Position numbers and translations under genes: made by a program. The notes under the pieces were generated by a model. It did no database searches, had not been told where the DNA came from, and was given only the letters and a program-made list of their open reading frames with translations. Below are positions 26,184-39,287 of a stretch of DNA of 64,000 bases, one piece after another; within the stretch, counting starts at the first letter, position 1, and each line of letters starts with the position of its first letter. The DNA is from Lingula anatina (Eukaryota > Animalia > Brachiopoda): the NCBI GenBank assembly GCA_051362555.1, contig CM120644.1:8006954-8070953 (forward strand), given 5' to 3'.

Positions 26184-27525
26184 GTGGAAAGGTTTCTTAA
26201 GTGGAGCTAAATATCATCTCTTCTTATTATATATAATTGCATGACAACCATTGTGAATGTGAGCCTATAAAATAAACACAGATGTTAATGATTCAAAAAT
26301 TCCAGTTAACACAAAAGCATCAGCAACCGCAACACAATTTGAAAAAAAGAAAATAATTTTAATTTCAAAGGTATCCAATGTAGGATTTAAAGTGCATTTC
26401 TAGTGCATGGATTGCTTCTTGTAGAACTTATCTGAGGGCACTTTAAACTTTTAAAATATAAGATGATCATAGTTAAATGGGGGTCTTAATATCGCAAAAA
26501 TAATCATATTTACTTTCCCCTACATAGCCAGCCATCTTTACACAGTTTGAAAATAGCATTTAGAATCACAAGTGTTTTGCTATATCTGGAAATAAAGTCA
26601 ATGGAGTGGATGGCTTATCAGGATAAACCTCTTAAGTTTACGTTTTGATCTTTTGCTTTTTCCCAAAATGTTAGAGTTGCAACAAGTAGTTGTGGGAGGT
26701 AGGAGTAAAGGTTGGTAAAGCAGGGGAAAATGCCATTTACCCTTGGATAATATGATAAATATGTGTCTTGAACAAAAATCCTTCTGTGGATACCTTTAAT
26801 TTCAATTAAAACCAATAATTAAATACATAACCAACATATATATATATATATATATTTGCCCACACAATAATAAGAAAAATATTACATTAGAAATTTGGAC
26901 ATTCACTATTAAAAAACAAAAACAGAAAAAAAATGAAAATGATTATCTTGATAATGAGAGAGAGAGAGAATGCTCTGATTCACCCAGTAGTGTTTTTTTT
27001 TTTTTGTTTGTTTTTTTGTTTTTGTTTTTTTTTTTTTTGCTAAGAAATAATCTGAAACTGGACTTGTAATATATTACAGCAACTCTCCAATTTGGTATCA
27101 ATCACAACTTTGCATAGTTGCTGCATTACATTATTAGTTCAGTATCTGATGATGTTAATTATAAATTATATAGAAAAGATAAAATTATACTAGAACTGAA
27201 ATAAGAAGTTGTAATAAATGGAGAAATGAAAGAAAGGATGAGAATAGAAAAATTGAGAATTATGAACATAAAGACATTAAGCATGGAACCATATGTCTAC
27301 TGATATATTAATATTTAATCTGTTTAACAGTTGATTTAATTCTTTGCAGATTGGACAGTTTTACCCCTTATAACTATTAAAATTAAATAAAGGTGATATC
27401 CTTTGGGATAAGATGTCTTTGTCTTTAAGTCTGACTTTCATCATGGTTTTGAAGCTAGTAGACAAATCTACTGTTATTTATTACTCAGGAAAGCTGTGGT
27501 GATGGTCACAGCAGAACAATGGCAA

Positions 27526-28755
27526 TTATACATGGGTCATGGTATCCAAGGACGGCACATAGGTTGCCATGGAGAAGCTCATGGGAGGGGATGATTTTCC
27601 ATTCCTTTTCATGCTGGATTGATTCAGGGAGCGCATTTGACTGTGCTTGTGGACACACTTTTTACACCCGTCCTGGTGACACCACGGCAGCTTTTTGAAA
27701 AAGCACTTCAGTCCGTGTCTCACTTCTCTCATCCTTATGATATATATGATAGGATCACACAGAGAGTTCAACAAAAGTAAATCGTGCAGATATTCGTTAG
27801 CTATTAAATAGGTCTCCCAGGAACTTTTGAGGGCGTTAATATTCGTGTCCACCATGATGACTAAAGCGACCTCAAAGAGACAGTACGGAATCCAGCAAAC
27901 CACAAATGTTCCCAAAATGAGGAGAGTTGTGAGGAGGGCTTTCCGATTCTTCTTGTACTCTTGCTGCAGAGGTGGAGCCCTCTGGTGAATTTTTCTAACC
28001 TCACAATAGATTCGCCCATAAATGTAAAGCATGATGATGAAGCATATAAATGCAGTGGCAAACATTATATATTCAGTGTAGTAATTATTTTTGTCCACGT
28101 GCTCGCAGTAATTGTACTTGGTGTTATTTCCGGCAGCTTCTTCAAAATCTCCAAAACCCGACAGGAAGTCGGAGAACCCAAACACAGCAGATACAATCCA
28201 AAAGAACAATAACATCATTGTGATCCGCTGCCTGCTCATTAGGACTTGGTACCTCAATGGGTGCATGATGGCTAAAAAATGATCCACAGCCATCCCCAGT
28301 AGATTGAATAATGAGATGATATTGGCCATTATCATTATTCCTTTGATAAAAGAATTGATGCAGATGGACTGGAGCCGGAGGCTGTATTCAAAGCTGTAAT
28401 CTGTGTAGATGGGGTTGATGATCCTGCTGATGATGTGCAGGAATATACTCAGGCTAACCAACATGTCAGCGCATCCAAGGCTAAGCACCAGACGAAGGCG
28501 CGTGGCGAACCCAGTCTCTGTTCTTATGTGCCCTATGCCAATGAGGCCAAGAACGTTCACCATGATTGTAATGAAGCTGAAAATGAGGGCAATGACTTTG
28601 TGGGGCTTTTTGAACATAAGTTCCGCCCGAATGTCCATGTTGTAGTAGTCCATTACTTCGAATACTGGTCCGTTATTGTCAAGAACAGACTGATTGTCTT
28701 CCATTGTAATGTTCATGTTGAGTTCACTTAAAGTTGTTGTGTTAAAAGAAACCAT
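27526..28755 (-). CDS. Rhodopsin-family (class A) GPCR, melanocortin/adenosine-receptor-like orphan, intronless CDS, ~409 aa, nested antisense in the MLH1 intron
   Basis: Seven hydrophobic segments; TM1 VN, TM2 LGCADMLVS, TM3 LLGMAVDHFLAIMHPLRY, TM6 FVVCWIPY, TM7 NSLCDPIIY; N-terminal sequons (NTT, NIT, NQS). First ATG at 28755 in AACATGG context; the track ORF starts at TTG 28812. Confidence 0.95.
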   Translation of the reverse strand: MVSFNTTTLSELNMNITMEDNQSVLDNNGPVFEVMDYYNMDIRAELMFKKPHKVIALIFSFITIMVNVLGLIGIGHIRTETGFATRLRLVLSLGCADMLVSLSIFLHIISRIINPIYTDYSFEYSLRLQSICINSFIKGIMIMANIISLFNLLGMAVDHFLAIMHPLRYQVLMSRQRITMMLLFFWIVSAVFGFSDFLSGFGDFEEAAGNNTKYNYCEHVDKNNYYTEYIMFATAFICFIIMLYIYGRIYCEVRKIHQRAPPLQQEYKKNRKALLTTLLILGTFVVCWIPYCLFEVALVIMVDTNINALKSSWETYLIANEYLHDLLLLNSLCDPIIYIIRMREVRHGLKCFFKKLPWCHQDGCKKCVHKHSQMRSLNQSSMKRNGKSSPPMSFSMATYVPSLDTMTHV

Positions 28756-29151
28756 GTTGGTGCTAAAAAAAGTAATCCACGTAATAGAAAAACAATATCT
28801 ATAGTCCTGCAATGAAGGACACTTTTTTTAAAACATGCACTGTATTTTCCTAAATTTCTTGAACCCAAGACCTTAAAGCTTGAGCGTTTAGTTTGTGTTT
28901 TACACAGTCTAACTCCAAAGTTTCCTAGTTTCAAATTGATAGCGTAATCACTGATGTAGCTTCTTGGGATTACAGGAAAGCATCTGTTGATGAAACTTGC
29001 TGCTCTTACATGGAGACTTCAACTGTCAATAGGAGCTTTTGATATTGATGTCTTCAACAGATTTGCCTACAAAACTTCTAGTGTTCTGCATTGAAGATGT
29101 CTGTGCAGATAACTTCCTCACTTTCTATCAGAGTGTAAATATATGCAATGT

Positions 29152-29201
<50 letters not shown>

Positions 29202-29904
29202 TTCAGTGGAATTGTTTTTAGTGATTGTGCATTCCACAACTTCAAGTGTTATATACGGCAAAGTTTATCATCACCACCTCGTTATGTTGATGCACTTGAG
29301 GATGCCAACCACTCTAGGCTGGCGACAGACTAGCCAAGATTATTGGTAATCAGTTTCTCATTAGATATCTCCCTGGCAGCACCAGATGTGTATGCGATAT
29401 CCCATTGAGTATGCCCTTTTCTGTATATTGTTCCCACCTTTGTGTGGTTTCCTGTTGGATTTACTCCCTCTTGTTTTTTTTTTGATCTGCACTTTGGATG
29501 AGGGATCGTCTGTACTTTATCGTTTAGTTAAAATGCATGCGTTCTTCACAAAAGCTTAGGTCAGTTTTGTTTTTTTTTTTTAAAGTTGAATTGAACCTCA
29601 ATGCTAATCTGATGTATCAGATAGACTGATGAAATGTAATTTGATGTCATTGACAGTAGCCCAGCACTTAGTTATGTTGTTTCATGTTTAACCAATTCTG
29701 AGTTTCAGTTAATGGATCCGTTCAACTCTGTAAGTGTTTTGAAATTTGGAATGTGGTACAGTCTTCACAGTCTTCACCTCCAATATTGTTGCCACACTTG
29801 TATTTGTAAAATGATTTTCCTTTGAACTGGACTTCTGAGATTGACTAAAGTGCACTTTCTTTGAATTTAATCACTTTTGTTGCTGATCTTGCCTTTGCAT
29901 GATG
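28756..29904 (-). other. Probable long 5' UTR portion of the GPCR coding exon
   Basis: Strong minus-strand acceptor TTTTCTTCTATTTCCAG ending at 29905; contains (TA)n at ~29152-29198. Confidence 0.5.
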
Positions 29905-31164
29905 CTGGAAATAGAAGAAAATGGAATTTAGCTTCAAGTCAGGGTGTCAAGTGATCAATTAGTTTGAGTGGGTTTTAAGTAGATGGCTTGGAAACATATT
30001 GATAGGTTTTCTAAATAGAAAAGGCCTAAGGGGCAAATTATAGGTGCAAAAAACATCTTAACATGGAATCTGAGCACACTTCAAATACGGTAAGTACTGG
30101 ACCTTTTCAATGGGGGGAAATTGTAAATTTACAAAAACTGAGTTTTTTTATGACATACTTTCTTAAAATTAAAACATTCTTATTGAGTAGTGGCAGCAGT
30201 ATTAAAAAGCAGGCTACACTTAAGTTTTATACTTTACAGTAAAAGCACCACAAAAACTGCTGTATAGAAATATGATTTTGTGATTATAAAATTATGTGTT
30301 TAAAAGTTTGATAAGGTCAAGTCATTAAGGAACTGCTCCCTTGATCCGCAGTGAATATTTCACTATTAATTTATAACTAAGAACATTATTATTTTGATTT
30401 GGGTTAAAAGTATAATTAACTATTTTTTGGTCCTCCAGCAAATTTTCACAAGAAATAAATAAACAAAAAAAGTAAATAAATGAAAAATAACAAATGAATG
30501 TTCCTTGATATGGAAAAAGATTAATTACTAGAAGTGATGCTTGTAGATATCACTTGTCTTCCAATGTACTTGAAAATTATAGACTAAAAACAAATAAAAA
30601 AGAACATAAAACTTTTATTTTTAAAAAGTTTTATAACTAATCTAACTGGTAGACCTAACCTTGTACTACATATTTATTATCTTAATATTTTAGCTGTTTA
30701 TTTATTTATTTTATTCTATTTTATCTAATTTTGTTTATTTATCCTTGTAAAGTCTACTAAACATTTTGTATGAATATTATATCTAAATAAATATATTATT
30801 GCTAATAAGTATATTACTTCAAGCATCTTGTTTCTTCCAACCTTTTATATATTAAAAATGTTCATCATTTTCAGATACAAGTAATATTATTCTTTCTGCC
30901 ATTCCCCCCATATTGCTCAAACCCGGCACACAGTCCTGGTCAGGTTTTGCACACAGAGCACTGCCTTTGTTCTCTAATGTTTGAATTTAGTTTTCTTAAC
31001 ACCGGTCTTATCATCTTAAATAAATGCTTTTATCTGCATTCTGCATTAATGCGTTTCTTTGTTTTGGTTTTCTCCTCTACCTCTTTTAATAAATAAATAA
31101 ATAAATAAATAAATAGAAAATAAATGAGAATAAATAAATAAAATGAAATATGTGACTATCTAGT

Positions 31165-31810
31165 AACTGTTACATGTACATGTACTTACTGACAGAAAAT
31201 GTATCCTAATTGCATCTCATCATTTGCCTCCATCATAGACTTGAAGAACTGAACACAATAAACGGGCACATGGCTTTTTATACACAGTAGCAACTGTGTG
31301 CATATTTTATTTAACAAATGGCACTGACGTCACATTTACTGGAAAGGAGGGCATACTCTTGAAAGTAGGTGCAATGTTCTTGAAAGCGTCTTTTTTATTT
31401 CGTTTTATATTAACAACTGTTGCATGTACATGTACTTACTGATGGAAAATGCATCCTAATTGTATCTCGTTATTTGTTCCTTGATCACAGACTGGAAGCA
31501 ATAAACAGGTAAGTGGCTGTGATTTTTTTTTAGCGATTGATACTGACGTCATGTTTCCTGGAAAAGAGGACATACTCGTGAAAGTAGGCGCAACAATGCT
31601 TGAAAGTGGTTTTTATATTTTATAGTAACTGTTGCATGTACACGTGTACCTACTGACAGAAACTGCATTATATATAATCCTAAATAATAATTGCATGACT
31701 TGATCATAGACTAGAACTGAGCGTAATAAAACAGGCACATGGGTTTTTATACATAGTTGCAACTGTGTGCACAATTCTTGTAGCAAATGACACTGATGAC
31801 ATTTTGGACT
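31165..31810. repeat. Degenerate tandem triplication of a ~250-bp unit
   Basis: AACTGTT..ATGTACA..TACT-like motif recurs at ~31165, ~31415 and ~31627 with downstream similarity. Confidence 0.75.
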
Positions 31811-33215
31811 ATAAACGGAATCAGAGCTTTAAATGAAAGGTCTGGCAGGTTGTATTTTGAGTACTAGACATATAGTCTGTTTACTTCGTGTGAGACTGTA
31901 TAGGTGTTCTCTTTGAAGATGAGTTGTAGTCACTTATAATTAGTCATAGGCAGGCTTTACAAAAGAACAATAAATTGAAAGTTGTTCTAAATGTTTATAT
32001 TAAAAGATGATTGGTCTACTGCAATTTTGGGTGAAAATGTTGTAGTGTTCTTCTAAAACAAAGCTGTTATAAAGTTAGCTTTTTTATTTTTATCATATAA
32101 AAAATTAGGTGCAGAATTTCATACAAGTTTAATGACAGATTTATCTTGGATAAAAGTAACCTACTAGTAATAATTTTAACCTTAAAGTTAAGTCAACTTT
32201 TAAGCCTAAATTCTTCAGCCAGTGATTTCAGATTTGGAGGAATGGGGGGAGTGCTGAAAAGGTGGACTTTTTACCTTGAAACCTTTGTTTTATTACCTAG
32301 AACAATTTTTAAGTTTTTTAACCCCCCCCTCCACCCCCCCCACCCCCACCCCCCCACCCCCAGCTACAGACCTGTTAAAACATAAGTCAGAATAGTTGTT
32401 TGATATGAGCAGATCCTTTGCAGCAAACAGTGAATATATGTGGCATGTGGAATTATCTTCCTCAGCATTTCTTTGATTCAAAAACCATTGATTTTATTAG
32501 CATGTTGCCTTTGAGCATGTTTTTTGTCTTCCTTCCAGTACTTGTGCTATCCTCTGTGAAAAAAATATTGATTTTAAGTAAAACAATTTACAGTTGATTC
32601 AAAATGTTATCCCGAAGCTTAATGTGGTTTGGTCTTTAGATGCAGAAGTAAATTAAATTTCATCTTTTAATTAGCTATTGTGTTATTTCAACCTAATAGT
32701 ATCTTGCTTTTTACCCCAGAGATATTCCAGTAATTATTTTAAAGCTTTAAAGAATATAAACTAGGACATCTTGAAATTGTGCTGCACTGCAGTAACAGAA
32801 CAGCTGTTATGTATCTATTTTTTTCCAAAAAGTACACAAAAAGTATGCAAAGCCCTTTTGCATCTAATTCTAGTTTATTACTCATCAATTTAGAGTTTTT
32901 AAAATAAAATTTTAATATTTTACAAAGTAAATAGTCATTTAGATAGGTAGCATATGTGAAATGAAATGCATGCAGTGAGTGACTGTTTAAAGTGATCAGG
33001 AAACCCTTTTTGTGCATCTATTTGAGAACAATTCTTAAGATTACCTATAGTTGAATGCATTTCAGAATCAGTGTAATCAAAAGACTCAAATGTTCACCGT
33101 TTTTATGAAATATTTTCCTATGTCTTAAGTATGAACAGTAAATAAATTGATTGCTTAAAATTATCCACACTTTATCTGATGTCAAATGACTCAAAGTCTT
33201 CTAAATGGCCTAATG

Positions 33216-33383
33216 CAGGGGCGGATTTAGGCCGTCTTCTGGGTCTTCCGGAAGACGGTCAGATTTTAAAGTTTACATTGACGGGTATCTAATATTACTT
33301 GTCGGAAGACGGTCAAAATTGGAGGATGGATTAACAAAGATAATTTGGAAGACTGTCAGAAAATATCTCTGGATCCGCCCCCG
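33216..33383. mobile_element. 168-bp MITE, CAGGGGCGGAT termini, 5-bp TSD TAATG
   Basis: TAATG|CAGGGGCGGAT ... ATCCGCCCCCG|TAATG; second copy at 48871-50478. Confidence 0.85.
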
Positions 33384-35224
33384 TAATGACGCGTCTTTTG
33401 ATTAGATGTTAACAATGACATCCATTTGGCATGCGGTATAAAAAATGGAATGAGCAATTACTCCATCACAATTTTATTCTGTGTCCTGAAAAACACTCCA
33501 TTTAATAAATAACTTATTATTATATATAAAATGAATGGCGCATTCATGCAACTTAAAGGCGGACAAACCATGCAGGACACGCTAGTTTGATGAATCCTTG
33601 TTATAAGCAAGCTGGACCAGTTGTTGGTTTAGTGTGAGTCTTGCACAGCAATTCATCAGGGGAAATTGAACAGCCTGTAATCTTTTTGTCCAGTTTATTG
33701 GATTAATTCATTCATTTATGATTAGCTACTGGGCAACTTAAAATGAGAAAGGAAGTGTTCTAAAGGTTATTTAACTGGATAGGATATGAATGTTTTTTGT
33801 ATGTTACTTCCATTATTTTTATACCTTTTTACTTTAAATTTGATTTAGAAAGTAAGTTTCAACTAAGAAGGTGTTGTAGCCTTGCTTCCAATGTCTAACT
33901 TGCAGTTAAGGTGGGGGATTGCTTTGCCAAATATTGTGAATTATCTTCCTCTAATTAATGTTTACATAATTTTCATTTATCCCATGCCTCATGCTTTAAA
34001 GTAGTTATTTTTTCTAAAAAGTAGGAATATTTTGCTTTTTGGTGCTGCTTAAGTTGTGGGAAATAGTTTTATTCTACACAAGCTGAACAGACAGCTTCAC
34101 ATGGGTTCTGCTACTTGTATAATAGGCTTCAATGTGGAGTTTCTCCCTGTTCAAATTTGGGAAGGTACGGTAACCACAAGAATAAATCAGTTCTGTTAAT
34201 TTAAAAGTTATCCTTTTGGGGATTTTTGCATCAATTTGAAATCTAATTTTCCCATGGAAAAAAAATTCTTCCACTTATGTCCCTGCACTTGGATTTAATG
34301 GTTTATGAATGATGTAGTAGCTCTAAATGCCTACTAGTAACCAGATGTTTAAACCTCCAAGCCTTCCTGTACATATCTGAAGGAAATGAAGACAACAGAT
34401 ACTTATATTTGAAGAGTTGTCTTGTTATTTTGAGATCTAAATTGGAAAGATAAGTAGCATTGCAGTATAAGTAGACATACAAATATGGCTTTGGACATAT
34501 TCAGATGTATAAAGTATAAAACCTTCCATCATGAACATGTGGAGAAAAAAAAAAGATATTTATGATACTGAATGATTATAAGACTTCTGTTCTAGAGATG
34601 AGACCCTTAAAAGATAAAAAAAAAGACATTAATGAAAGGGCAAATTCCACATATCTTGTTGATAAATTAAAAATAAATTGTATTTTAAGGTAAGTTTAAT
34701 CCACTTCACTTTCTGCTAGTAAGGCAAGTTAATTGAATTTGCCACAAGGAGAGGGGTTGGGGGGGGGGACTCTCAAGTAGCACTCTGGTGTCATTACCAA
34801 GTTATTGAGTTGTCCCTCTCTCAAAATAGACCAGTCTTATTAAGAGGTATGCCTAGTATTAGTGGTTTAAAATTGTAGATACTTCTCATGCTCCCCCCTA
34901 CCCCCTCTGAAATGGTCAACATGATAGGCAGTGGTTGATTGTTTATTTCGTATAACCCAAATACTTGTAGTGAGACCATTTTCTGGGCAGAGTTAGCCTT
35001 GTGACACTTTTATTGAAGCCCTAGTGAACACGATCATATTGAATGAAGATAAAGTGTCAGTGGAAATGGCGCAATCTCGGCCAGGAAATTACTGTGGGAC
35101 ATCAGACTAACGTTAAACAAATCTGTTCATTCATCATTCCAGATCTCATAACATTTCAGTTACAGCCCAGTTGTAATGGCTTATCTTAGTACCACACTGG
35201 ATGGTACTGTAAGGGTACTGCAAT

Positions 35225-35384
35225 TGGGGGCGTCTCTATAGTCCGAGGTTCATTGGTCCGAAAAATGGTAACATTTTCTTCAGTTTTTTTTTTCAAGGGT
35301 TCGTTGATCCAAAGGTTCTATAGTAAACATTCGGACCAGTGATCCTTCGGACTATTGAATCTTCGGACTATTGCTGCAGCCCCC
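35225..35384. mobile_element. Small MITE-like element with GTCCGA/TCGGAC subterminal repeats
   Basis: GGGG..ATAGTCCGA at left, TCGGACTAT..CCCC at right, with internal repeats of the motif. Confidence 0.55.
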
Positions 35385-35731
35385 TGCAATCATAGCAGAA
35401 TGATCTGCGGACTAACTGATCGGCTGACTGAATATGGCTGACCAAGCTAAAAAGCAAGCTGCTTTAATTCTCTGATGGTTTCTCTGCCTCCACATGCACC
35501 ATTAAAGGGATGAAATCTTGGCTCTGATGTTTTATTGCTAGGGGCCTGGAGCAAGAGTGTGTGTGGAGGTCGGGAAACCATCAGGGGATTAGCGGTATCG
35601 CTTTTTGGTGGGTCGGCCATATTTAGTTCATGGATCTGTTAATCCATGAATCAAATTTATTCTGAATGTGCTGTAAGGGTTTATTATCATCCAGATAACA
35701 AAAATGGGGTTTTTCTTTCATCTGTTTATTC

Positions 35732-35953
35732 AACTAGACCCGTGCACCGACAAAGTCCAAAATTTACGTGGATTGAGTTGAGATTTTATGTGATCTACTT
35801 CCAAGAGATGGATACGCAGGCTCTTGTAGTCCAGGAGGAGAAGCAGTAATAGTGATGTGGTGGTGGAGCCAATGGAGCCGGCAGATGAGACGGACGAGAT
35901 GGGTTGGTACTAAAACCATGTGTACCCCCAGCACAGCAGTGGTGGTTCAATAA
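35732..35953 (-). mobile_element. Short degenerate HINE-family copy in reverse orientation
   Basis: AAAACCATGTGTACC...GGTGGTTCAATAA is the reverse complement of the HINE 5' end; AACTAG at the left matches the reversed CTAGTT end. Another 5' fragment lies at ~43786-43840 (+). Confidence 0.6.
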
Positions 35954-37094
35954 TGAAGCTTCCTTTTTGCTTACTTTAAACGATACAAATCCCCTCGAAA
36001 ATATGAAATGTTGGCGTTTGTATTTTTAGTTGATACTTATAACCATACTTAGACAACTCAAAGTTTTAGCCTCAATTTAACACCTTTCTATTTTTAAGTG
36101 AGATAGCAATCATTATGGTACGTAATTTTATCCCTGAACAAGATTTTATCACCAAAATTGGCATGGTTGACCAAAAGTTTAGGGGCTTCAATCCTGTGCT
36201 GCCATTTTGGTTTTAATGTTTTTGTAATGGACTTATGAGCCCCTAATTATGGATTTTCATTAAACAAAGGCATTATTTTGCTTTATCCACTATAAAATCT
36301 GAACTAAAACGTTTATGACAGGGTTTGGAGTACTAAATGGTGTTATCAAATAGGCATTGAAACGGTGTTTGTAGGTATTCAGGTTAGAGAGATATGTGAG
36401 AAACTGATAATTCCATTTTTACCTCAAAATCCCAATAATGACATCACATGTAAGATGACGTGTTTAATTTTTATTAATTAGGCACTGAACATTGATGATT
36501 GATCTCTGTGATCAAAAATAATGTATGCAAGATAGTAAATAAGGAGTTTATGTCAAACGCTAAGCCTAACAGTACTGTAAGTGTCTTTTCACTTTGAGGA
36601 CCTCTCAGAACAAAACATTCAAAAAAGAATGTTAAGGAGGAATTCTCGATGTAAAAAAAAAAAAAAAAAATCTATCAGTGGACAATGATATCTTTGGTGT
36701 GTCCTTCCTAGTTTCTCATCGTAGAGGAGTCAAACTAAACCTAAGTTGAGAAAGCTAAAACCATCATAATGGAGTAGGCTTTCTCTCTTCCCACATGACA
36801 TGATAATGCCTTTTATTCCATTGTGACATTTTAACTGAGAAGATTTAATTACCATGGGACTGGAGATATTTCTCGAACAGAAGGACATCTTTTGTTGCCT
36901 TTTGGTGAATTCTTTTAACCACATTTCATGCTTTTTCTAACTGAACATGCAAGCTACATGTCATCTTAGAATTTATTGTTTGTGAAACAAAGTGTTGCGA
37001 AAAGACACACATCATCCTTTGTACAAGTGCCACATGTGAGGGCAGTGATGTTTTTTTTACAAAGTAGCCACTGTCACAAGTATTGACAATGTAT

Positions 37095-37330
37095 GATTTA
37101 ACAATGCCTAACAAAGGAAAAGAAACTTTTGTATAATGAACCATTGATAATGACCAATTTTTGGACTTTCGTTTTTTGGTGGTCATTTTCCCATGACGCA
37201 CATACAGTACTTATAGTCGAATAATGTAAGATTTAACAAAGCCTAACAAAGGAAAAGAAACTTTTGTATAATGAACCATTGATAATGACCAATTTTTGGA
37301 CTTCCTTTTTTGGTGGTCATTTTCTCATGA
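37095..37330. repeat. Tandem duplication, ~135-bp period
   Basis: GATTTAACAA.GCCTAACAAAGGAAAAGAAAC at 37095 and 37230. Confidence 0.9.
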
Positions 37331-38103
37331 CGCACACACAGTACTTATAGTTCCTGTTGTGGGTGAGCAATGTGCGTTATACATAGCGATGGTGCAGACA
37401 GCAAGACCTGTGTGAAAGCAAAAAAGAATATTTTATTTATTATATGTCACTTGTATTGTGAGGTTTTCCTTTAAAATGTTTTTGTTTTTGATTTTTTTCT
37501 TTGTTATTTCAGATTTTGTATTCCAAGAATAAGGTTTTGGTTATGACACTATTTGAGGTAATTTGATAATTTTTGTGATGCTTTCCAACAATTTGATTTT
37601 GGCTAGGATGCTTTTCCAAACTTGATTTTGTTTTTAACACCCTTCCCATCAGTTTAGCAACATGAATTTATTATAACACAGCAAAATGCCCCTTGATAAT
37701 TAGGGGATATGTAGTCTTTAAATGAAGGGTCAGCATGGTTTAGTTTCATTCAAACTTTTTTCAAATCTTTGTACTTCAGCAGTGTACTGCACCCTTAAAA
37801 AAAGTTAGTCAAGTTTGTTTATCACATTTATCCCCTCTACAGAACCACAAAATCTGAATAACTTCATGCTTGCTGCAAACAAAAGTGTCACAGAATGTCA
37901 GAATCCAAAAATCCTGCTCACATGGAAGTTTGTAATTCAAGATTGCAGCAATTGCAATTAAACCAAAAGCTGTGGGTAGGACAGATGCATCTAAGACCAT
38001 GATCACTTTATTGCTTTTGAGATCTCATGTATAAACAGTGTTTCAGGTATTGACAATAAAATAAATTGAAGTGTTTGCAGAGAGACAGAGAGAGAGAGAG
38101 ACT

Positions 38104-38393
38104 TTCAGAATAGATGATCCATGGACTAACTGGTCTGCGGGTCAAAAATGGCCAACCTCACTTGATGCCTCTTATCCCTTAATGGTCTCTTCGCCCACCA
38201 CATATACCAGGCCTGTAGGGACCGAATAATTAAATAGATTAAGTCTTGGCTTGGAGGTTTAATTCCTGGGCCCCTATAGGACAGTTATGTGTGGTAGGCG
38301 GGGAGACCATTAGGGGATTAGTGGCATCACTTTCAATGGGGTCAGCCATATTTGATCCACAGAGCAGTTAGTCCATGGATCATCTAGTCTGAA
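38104..38393. mobile_element. Foldback MITE with ~60-bp TIRs inside a (GA)n tract; related copies at ~35395-35666 and ~41500-41740
   Basis: TTCAGAATAGATGATCCATGGACTAACTG... / ...CAGTTAGTCCATGGATCATCTAGTCTGAA; (GA)n on both sides. Confidence 0.85.
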
Positions 38394-38394
38394 T

Positions 38395-38429
<35 letters not shown>

Positions 38430-38754
38430 AGGCACAACTAACTACTAACCCAATAAGCAAAGTGTTAATATACATAGAAATGACCTGATTTTTATTGAGA
38501 TTGGGTAAAAATTATCAGTCTTTCCAGTGCATACTTTTGGAATCACTAAGACTATTCTTCTTCTTAGCATTTTGTGGTGGTTTGAAAATAAATTATGCAG
38601 TAGCAATATAGGATAGGCTGACTGTCAGCAGGAATGTTTTCATTTAACCAATGTAAGAAAATTATGTTAAAATATGTATATTTGTAAAATTCACAATACT
38701 CATTATTATCCTCATTGAAAAGATTGCCAATGAGCACTTGTATACTCATACTAA

Positions 38755-39287
38755 TATCCCAGTCACACTACAATTGCAAAAATGTGCATTTCTATAATGA
38801 GAATTTTTTCGTGAGAAATTCTATTCCATATTGTGTTCACACTGTAAAGTGGAAACCGCATCGGCAAAGCCAAAATCCAGGTGAAACTTCCTGTGTAAAC
38901 AACTGCGCATGCGGTGCATCAAGCAGTACGAAATATGACGACAATAACTACATGTTTATTTCTCTGGAATTTTTTCCGCTTTCTTCTCGAGAAAAACATT
39001 GTAAAGCAAAATAAAAAGAATATTTGGACAACCCCACTTATTTGGCACGCGTAGTAGGCTTTCTGAGAAAAGTATGTTTCCCGCCATGTACTGCGCATGC
39101 GCAGAGATATCTCTGCACTGTTTACTTCCAGCTACTGATTCGAATCGCGCTTAGAAATCCACCCCGCTTGTAGGATTTTGAAAATTCGAATTACAGAAAT
39201 CCTCTTGCATTCACACTACTGCATTTAATCGAATTGTGACCTAATTCGCAACTTATCCGGATAACTGAGCATAGTGTGAACGCAGTA
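38755..39287. mobile_element. PIF/Harbinger-like non-autonomous element (~530 bp)
   Basis: Termini ..TCACACTA / TAGTGTGA.., TAA/TTA flanks; homologous along its length to 53651-54204. Confidence 0.75.

Noticed and set aside
28756-28812. 19-aa N-terminal extension of the GPCR in the ORF track
   Set aside because: Begins at TTG; the first ATG in good context is 28755.
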